Of a stretch of 26,683 nucleotides of DNA, positions 19,844 through 26,683 are shown piece by piece. Each line of letters starts with the position of its first letter. The stretch's first letter is position 1. The position numbers were made by a program, and so were the translations under genes. The notes under the pieces were generated by a model that was not told the origin of the DNA, did not search any database, and saw only the letters and a program-made list of their open reading frames with translations. The DNA is from Chiloscyllium plagiosum (lineage: Eukaryota): positions 9,127,642 through 9,154,324 of the forward strand of contig NC_057750.1 of assembly GCF_004010195.1 (NCBI RefSeq). Direction: 5' to 3'.

Positions 19844-21220
19844 CACGATAGACCAGTAAGCCTAACATTGGTAATGGGGAAAATTTTCAAATCCATTACC
19901 AAGGACTTTATAGCAGAACATTTAGAAAGCAGTGGCAGGATCAGACAGAGTCAGTGTGGATTTATGAAGAGCAAATAATGCTTGACAAATCTGTTGGAAT
20001 TCTATGGCAGTATAACAAGCAGAGTTGACAAGGGGGAGCCAGTCGATGTGGTATATTTGATTTTTAGAAAGCGTTTGACAAAGTCTCGCATAAAAGATTA
20101 TTGTGCAAGATTATTGTGCAAGCAGGGATTGGGGGGGAGTGCATTGAGATGGGTAGAGAGGAAGCAAAGAGTAGGAATTAATGCATCCTTTTCAAACGGG
20201 CAGCAATAACTAGAGGGGTACAACAGGGTTCAGTGCTAGGACCCCCGCTATTCGGATGAGGGACCAAAATGTAACATTTCCAAGATGATACCAAGTTGGA
20301 TGGGAGGGTGAACTGTGACGTGGATACAGAGATCCTTCAGCATGGTCTGGACAGGTTGGGTGAGTGGGCAAATCAATGGCAGCTGCTGTATAATTGGAAT
20401 AAATGTGAGGTTATTCAATTTGGACGCATAATCAAGAAGACAGATGACTACCTGAATGGCTGTAAGTTGGGAGAGGGGAGTGTGCAGTGGGACCTGGGTG
20501 TCCTTGTGCACCAGTCACTGAAGGTAAGCACGTGGGCGGTAAAGAAGACAAATGTTATGTTGGCCTTCATTGTGAGAAGTTTCGAGTACAGGAGCAGGGA
20601 TGTATTGTTGCAGTTATACTGGGCTCTGAGGCCACACCGAGAATATTGTGGGCAGTTTTGGTCTCCTTTTCTGAGGAAGAATACTCTTGCTCTCGAGGGA
20701 GTGCGGCAGGGGTTTCTCAGGCTGGTTCTGGGGATGGCGGGTCTGCCGTATGAGGAGAGATTGACTAGGGGTAAGATTAGGGTTAAGCTTGACCAGGGTT
20801 AGGATTGCTTTCGCTGGAGTTCAGACGAGTCGGGGGGGAATCTCATAGAGACTTTTGAATGCTAACTGGACTAGATGGTGGATGTAGGGAGGATGTTTCT
20901 GATGCTGGGTGCGTCCAGATCCAGGGGTCCCAGTCTGAGGATTTGGGGTGGATCATTGAGGACGGGGATGGGGAGACATTTCTCCACCCAAAGAACGCAT
21001 GGAATTCATTAGCACAGGAAGTAGCTGATGCCAAAACATTGAATGTATTCAAGGGGCAGCTGAATATAGCACTTGGGGTGAATGGGATCAATGGTTATGG
21101 GGAGAAAGAAGGATTAGGCTACGGAGTTGGACAAGCAGCCATGATCGTGATGAATGGTGGAGCGAGCTCGAAGGGCCGAGTGGCCTCCTCCTGTTCCTAT
21201 CTTCTATGTTTCCATGTTTA
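19844..21220 (+). mobile_element. Long decayed CR1 ORF2 (RT domain to 3' UTR)
   Basis: 'RPVSLT', 'LTNLLEFY..VDKGEPVDVVYL', 'GVQQGSVLGP', 'DDTKLDG', 'EYCGQFWSP'. Confidence 0.92.
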
Positions 21221-21224
21221 CTTG

Positions 21225-21432
21225 TGTGGCACAAATGTTACTTGCCATTGATCACTCAAACTTTGAATGCCACTCAGATCTTGTTGCTTCTGAACACAGA
21301 CTGCTTCAGTATCTGAGGAATTGCGAATGGTGCTGAACATTGTGTAATCATCGGCAAATATCCTCACATCTGACCTTATGATGGAGGGAAGGTCATTGAT
21401 GAAGCAGCTGAAGATGGTTGGGCCGAGGACAT
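21225..21432 (-). mobile_element. CR1/L2-group RT core fragment
   Basis: Minus-strand 'VLGPTIFSCFINDLPSIIRSDVRIFADDYT' (FADD catalytic motif). Confidence 0.85.
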
Positions 21433-21446
21433 TAGATATGACACAT

Positions 21447-21566
21447 AGGGCTCTTGTGGTGCAATGATAGTGTCCCTACCTTTGAAGAAGGAGGCCAGGG
21501 TTCAAGCCCTACCTTTGTAACAGGTGTGTCAAAAAACCTCTGAACAGGTTAATTAGGGAAAATCTT
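21447..21566 (+). mobile_element. Degenerate tRNA-derived short element (non-V SINE or tRNA pseudogene)
   Basis: A-box-like TGGTGCAATGATAG and B-box-like GGTTCAAGCCC at tRNA-like spacing. Confidence 0.45.
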
Positions 21567-21610
21567 TAAAAAGTAAGCTAGCTCTGATGCAGAAGTTTTG
21601 ATGTATCATA

Positions 21611-21906
21611 GGTGGCACGGTGGCTCAGTGGTTAGCACTGCTGCTCCCCCTGCGTCAGGAACCTGGGTTCAATTCCCACCTCAGGCGACTGTCTTGTGTG
21701 GAGTTTGCACATGCTCCCTGTGTCTGCGTGGGTTTCCTCCGGGTGCTCCAGTTCTTTCTACAATTCAAAGATGTGCTGTTTAGGGTGGGTTGGCCATTCT
21801 AAATTGCCCTCTAGTGTTAGGGGAGTGGGTCTGGTTGGGTTACTCTTCGGTGGGTCAATGTGGACTTGCTGGGCCCGTTTCCATACTGTAGGGAATCTCT
21901 AATCTA
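21611..21906 (+). mobile_element. V-SINE (HE1-like)
   Basis: Head GGTGGCACGGTGGCTCAGTGGTTAGCAC, V-domain, tail. Confidence 0.9.
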
Positions 21907-22089
21907 TTGGATAAAATCATTGAATCCTGACAATGTAGAAAGAGGCTATTCAGCCCATCTAGTCTGCATTGACTCACCAAAGGGCTTGCACCCACCCTCC
22001 AAGACTCAGGCCCTACTCAATGCCCATAACTCCACATTGACCTTTCAAAGGAAGTTAGGAGCAGGTAATGAATGTCGATCTGTGACGTT

Positions 22090-22500
22090 GTCGAGGTTTA
22101 TAAAATCATGAGGGGGGGGGGGGGGGGGGGTGGCTAGGGTGAATAGACAAGGTCTTTTTTCCCAGGGTAAGGCAGTCCAAAACTACAGGGTAGAAGTTTA
22201 ATGTGAGAGAGGAAAGATTTAAAAGGGTCCTGAGGGGCAATATTTTCATGCAGAGGATGGTGTGTATATGGAAAGAGCTACCAGAGGAAGTGATGGAAGT
22301 TGGTACAATGACAACATTTAAAAGATACTTTGACAGGTACATGAATAGGAAAGGTTTAGAGGGATATGGGCCAAATGCTGGCAAATGTGATTGGCTTAGC
22401 TTGGAAAGGTGATTGACATGGACAAGTTGGGCTGAAGGGTTCTTTTCTGTGCTGTATGTCTTTATGACTCTATGACTGTATGTCTTTATGACTCTATGAC
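22090..22500 (+). mobile_element. CR1/HER1-like 3' fragment
   Basis: 'ERFKRVLRGNIFMQRMVCIWKELPEEV..TFKRYFDRYM'. Confidence 0.88.
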
Positions 22501-23118
22501 TCAATGGTTCAATGTCTCTATGGTTTTATGTCTCTGGTTCTATGACACTATGATTCTATGTCTCTATGGCTCTATGACTCTATGTGTCTTTGGCTCTATG
22601 ATTCTATGACACTGACACTATGTCTGTATGTATGGTTCTATGTCTCTATGAGTCTATGACTCTATATGTCTCTATCACTCTATGGTTCTATGTATCTATG
22701 AGTCTATGACCCTATGTCTCCATAACACAATGTCTCTATGAGATTATGCCTATATAGTTTTATGTCTCTCTGGTTCTATGACACTACAACTCTATGATTC
22801 TATGACTCTATGACTCTATGACTCTATGACACTATGACACTATGACTCTATGACATTGTGACTGTATGACTCTATGACTCTGTGACTCTATGACACTATG
22901 ACACTATGACTCTATGACATTGTGACTGTATGACTCTATGATTCTATGACTCTATGACATTGTGACTCTATGACTCTATGACATTGTGACTGTATGACAC
23001 TATGACATTTTGACTGTATGACTCTATGACACTATGCCTCTATGACACTGTGACTCTATGACTCTATGACTCTATGACTCTATGTCTCTATGACACTGTG
23101 ACTCTATGACACTGTGAC
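22460..23118. repeat. (CTATGACT)n 8-mer array expanded from the CR1 tail
   Basis: About 650 bp of degenerate 8-mer directly after the CR1 3' UTR. Confidence 0.95.
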
Positions 23119-23704
23119 CAGTAACACCCACAGCTATGAATGTATTTTTACAAAAATCCAGCACATTGCTTTGGAAATGCGGTGACTCTTCTGTTTAACA
23201 TTGAACTGAGGTTCGATCAGTCATTTTTCTGCCTTTTGTTTTTAATTACTATGCAGTTCCAAAAGCGATTAACCTTTTTCCCCTTGGTGTGTCGATAACC
23301 ACCTTACTGGTGAGGTAATGCCAACAGAGGGACAAGAAAAGGTATGTTGTTGCCATGGTGACGATGTCTCTGCGAATACCTTTCGAGATGGAACATGTGA
23401 GTCATCTTGCAGGCTAATGCAAACCTCTTATCAGTGTCCTGCACAGTGGGCCAACCCTGATTGACATGACAGAACGATTCCATGGCCTCTCCCAACTGGG
23501 TTTAATTGACTACCAGAGTACAAAGCAGCCCTGTATGCTGCAAAACTCAAATTGCTTTTTCTGAAAATGTACTTTCTTGGCCGGGGGACGGATGCAGGAG
23601 AGATGTTTCTGCTGCTCACTGAAGTGCAAAATGATTTGCTTGAGTGCTGAACACAAAAGGAATGATAAAGTTTCTCATTCGCACAGTCTAACTGAGTTAT
23701 AATC

Positions 23705-24126
23705 ACAGTCATAGAGATGTACATGATGGAAACAGACCCTTCGGTCCAACCCGTCCATGCCAACCAGATATCCCAACCCAATCTAGTCCGACCTGCCAAC
23801 ACCCGGCCCATATCCCTCCAAACCCTTCCGATTCATATACCCATCCAAATGCCTCTTAAATGTTGCAATTGTACCAGCCTCCACCACTTCCTCTGGCAGC
23901 TCATTCCATATAAGTACCACCCACTGTGTGAAAAAGTTGCCCCTTAGGTCTCTTTTATATCTTTCCACTCTCACCCTAAACCTATGGCCTCTAGTTTTGG
24001 ACTCCCCGATCCCAGGGAAAAGACTTTGCCCATTTACTCTATCCATGCCCCTCATAATTTTGTAAACCTCTATAAGGTCACCCCTCAGCCTCCGACGCTC
24101 CAGGGGAAACAGCCCCAGCCTGTTCA
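23705..24126 (-). mobile_element. Well-preserved CR1/HER1-like 3' fragment
   Basis: ORF 23783-24127 'NRLGLFPLERRRLRGDLIEVYKIMRG..FFTQWVVLIWNELP'. Confidence 0.92.
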
Positions 24127-24319
24127 ATACGGTGGATTTTTATGCTGAGCTGATTGGTAATTAATAGTTAATTGGAGCACTGCATACAATTCTGGCCGCC
24201 CTGCAATAGGAAGGCTGTTATTTAACTGGAAAGGACGCAAAATAAGATTTACAAAAACATTACCAGGACAGGGTGGTTTGAGTTGCAAGGATGGGCTGGA
24301 TAATTGTAGAGTCCTTATA

Positions 24320-24609
24320 GTTCTGGATGTAGGTTTGCTCGCTGAGCTGGAAGGTTCATTTCCAGATGTTTTGTCACCCTACTAGGTAACATCTTCAGTG
24401 GGCCTCCGGGCAAAGCACTGCTGATAATTCCTGCTTTCTATTTATTCTATAATATTAAGCAGGAATTACCAGCAGTGCTTTGCCCGGAGGCCCACTGAAG
24501 ATGTTACCTAGTATGGTGACAAAACATCTGGAAATGAACCTTCCAGCTCAGCGAGCAAACCTACATCCAGAACCTCAAACTGAGCTACAAATCTTCTCAA
24601 AACTCGCTA
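24320..24609. mobile_element. Family E PLE terminus as a 117-bp hairpin
   Basis: Arms at 24320-24436 and 24457-24573 (2 mismatches). Flanked by TCCTTA on both sides. Confidence 0.9.
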
Positions 24610-24780
24610 ATCCTTACATTGTGGAAGCAGGCTATTCGGCCCATTGAGTCCTCACCGCCCCTCTAAAGAGCATCCCATCCCGATCCACCTCTCCTGTAAC
24701 CCTACGTTTCCCGTGGCTAATCTACCTAACCGGAATGCGTTTGGACTGAGAGAAAAACGGAGCACCCGGAGGAAACCCGT
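24610..24780 (-). mobile_element. V-SINE 3' half
   Basis: Reverse tail and 'ggagcacccggaggaaaccc' V-domain. Confidence 0.8.
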
Positions 24781-25239
24781 TTTCCCTGGAGCACAGGAGG
24801 TTGAGGGGTGACCTTGTAGAGGTTTATACAATCATGAGAGGTATAGATAGGGTGAGTAGCAACAATCTTATCCCCAGAGTAGGGGAGTCCAATACTCGAG
24901 AGCATAGGTTTCAGGTGAGAGGGGAAAGATTTAAAAGGGACCTGAGGGGCAATCTTTTTCACACAGAGGGTGGTGTGTGTATGGAATGAACTACTGGAGG
25001 AAGGGGTACAATTACAACATTTGAAGGGCATCTGGCTGGGTACATGAATAGGAATGGTTCAGAGGGATATGGGCCAATCACAGGCAAACGGAACTAGTTG
25101 GGTTTAGGAAACCTGGTCAGCATGGACATGTTAGGCCAAAGGGTCTGATTCCATGCTATCTGGATGGCGCTATTGAGTGTGACTGGAAAGAAAGGCATTT
25201 TTCATTTTGAATTCATTGAGACCATTTGCAGTTTCTAAA

Positions 25240-25680
25240 AAACATTCATTCTTGAGATGTGAGGGGTTGGTTAAACTCGAAGTTATTGCCCAGAAAATAG
25301 TTGAGTCAACATTTCTAGGCCAGTGACCCTTCTTCAGAACCGGACCCGAAACATTAACTCTGTCTTCTCTCCCCACCGATGCTGTCAAACCTGCTGAGTT
25401 TCTCCAGCAATTTCTGTTTTTGTTTCAGATTTTCAGCATCTGCAGTTCTTGGTTTTATTTCAGAGTGAACCACATCGCTGTGGGTCTGGAGTCATGCATA
25501 GGTCAGACTAGGCAAGGGTGGCAAATTTCCTTTCTTCAGGGGCATTAGTGAACCAAATGGGTTAGAGCATCAGACTCTTAACATCTGATGTTTTTTTGGG
25601 GGGTTCAATTTCTACCACCTGCTGTGAGCAGGAGTTGAACCCACGTCCCGTGGAAGGTTACCTGGGTCTCAGGATTAATG
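25240..25680 (-). mobile_element. Old SINE-like element with a CR1/L2-group tail, interrupted at about 25303-25461
   Basis: Reverse tail 'cattcattcttgagatgtg..ttattgccc' and a reversed B-box-like motif 'ggagttgaaccc'. Confidence 0.5.
25303..25461. mobile_element. Family B insert with a short inverted 5' piece
   Basis: Antisense core at 25303-25340, then sense 'ggacccgaaacattaactc...cagcatctgcagttct'. Confidence 0.7.
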
Positions 25681-25861
25681 CACAAACAAAAACAGAAATT
25701 GCTGGAAAAGCTCAGCAGGTCTGGCAGCATCTCTGGAGAGAAATCTGAGTTAACGTTTTGGGTCCAGTGACCCTTCCTCAGAACTGATGGTAGCTAGGAA
25801 ATTGTTGGTTTTTATGCAGAAGATAGGGTAGAGGGGTAGGGAAGGGGGTCAGGAGTAAAGG

Positions 25862-26188
25862 ATAGATTAGATTAGATTTCCTTCAGCCCAACAAGTCCAC
25901 ACCGACCTTCCAAAGAGTAACCCACCCAGACCCATTTCCCTCTGACTAATGCACCTAACACTGTGGGCAATTTAGCATGGTCAATTCACCTGTCCTGCAC
26001 ATCTTTGGATTGTGGGAGAATCTTTGACTTCATAAGATCATCTTCATGAAACCGGAGCACCCAGAGGAAACCCACGCAGACACAGGGAGAATGTGCAAAC
26101 TCCACACAGTCAGTCGCCTGAGGCTGGGATTGAACCTGGGTCCCTGGCGCTGTGAGGCAGCAGTGCTAACCACTGAGCCACCGTGCCA
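25862..26188 (-). mobile_element. Full-length V-SINE (HE1-like)
   Basis: tRNA head at 26120-26187, V-domain, (GATTA)n tail. Confidence 0.92.
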
Positions 26189-26329
26189 ATAGGTGGAGAT
26201 AAAGCCGAAAGAGAGGGAACAGTTGGACAGACAGATAGCGACCAGCTTGGGAGAATGAATAGCTGCTAATGGGGGCGATTAGGGGCTAACATTGGGTTGT
26301 GTGTGATAGCAGACCGTATGATAACAAGG

Positions 26330-26421
26330 AGACAGTGACAACTGCAGATGCTGGAGATTAGAGTTGAGAGTGTGTTGCTGGAAAAGCACAGCAGGTAAGG
26401 CAGCATCCGAGGGGCAGGAAA
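26330..26421 (-). mobile_element. Family A insert, truncated before the core, with 9-bp TSD
   Basis: ATAACAAGG at 26321-26329 and 26422-26430. Confidence 0.8.
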
Positions 26422-26483
26422 ATAACAAGGCCTGGTGTGGTGGGGTTGGGGTAAGGACATGGGAGAAGGCGCCTCAAGCCCGA

Positions 26484-26683
26484 GGTGCCGACCAGATATC
26501 CCAACCCAATCTCGTCCCACCTGCCAGCACCCGGCCTATATCCCTCCAAACCCTTCCTATTCATATACCCATCCAAATGCCTCTTAAATGTTGTAATTTT
26601 ACCAGCCTCCACCACATCCTCTGGCAGCTCATTCCATACACGTACCACCCTCTGTGTGAAAATGTTGCCCCTTAGGTCTCTTT
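26484..26683 (-). mobile_element. CR1/HER1-like 3' fragment
   Basis: 'VRVWNELPEDVVEAGKITTFKRHLDGYMNRKG'. Confidence 0.9.

Larger units (their letters stand above)
24160..25165 (+). mobile_element. CR1/HER1-like 3' part interrupted by a SINE and a PLE hairpin (24304-24780)
   Basis: 'LEHCIQFW' at about 24172; resumes with 'LRGDLVEVY' after 24781. Confidence 0.85.
25681..26480 (-). mobile_element. Longer family B PLE-like terminus with nested SINE and family A insert
   Basis: Core CTGAGGA-A-GGGTC(ACTG)GACCC-[A]AAA-CGTT at about 25752-25781. The extent beyond 25783 is inferred from the continuous purine-rich sequence. Confidence 0.55.

Noticed and set aside
20296..20802. 168-aa ORF as a host gene
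   Set aside because: It is a fragment of decayed CR1 ORF2.

Overview
This is repeat-dense vertebrate non-coding DNA with two assembly gaps (1239-1738 and 4645-5454). The repeat complement (HE1/V-SINE-type SINEs, CR1/HER1-type LINEs) points to a cartilaginous fish, most likely a shark; the taxon is an inference. I recognise no intact protein-coding gene. The ORF track is explained by decayed retrotransposon fragments, tandem repeats and N runs. The content is many nested CR1-like LINE fragments, tRNA-derived V-SINEs, two Rex1/Babar-like LINE 3' ends, Penelope-like elements (PLEs) with GIY-YIG endonuclease remnants, several minisatellites and a few repeat-free islands. The most notable signal is a set of about six families of PLE termini or short PLE-derived inserts. 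Each carries a minimal hammerhead-ribozyme-like core (CUGANGA - extra nt - stem II - GAAA - palindromic ACGU/AGCU - cleavage triplet) with a family-specific, base-paired stem II. Many copies are inserted as long head-to-head hairpins between target-site duplications (TSDs), and several share a fixed 5' junction. Family names come from motif recognition, not from a database search.
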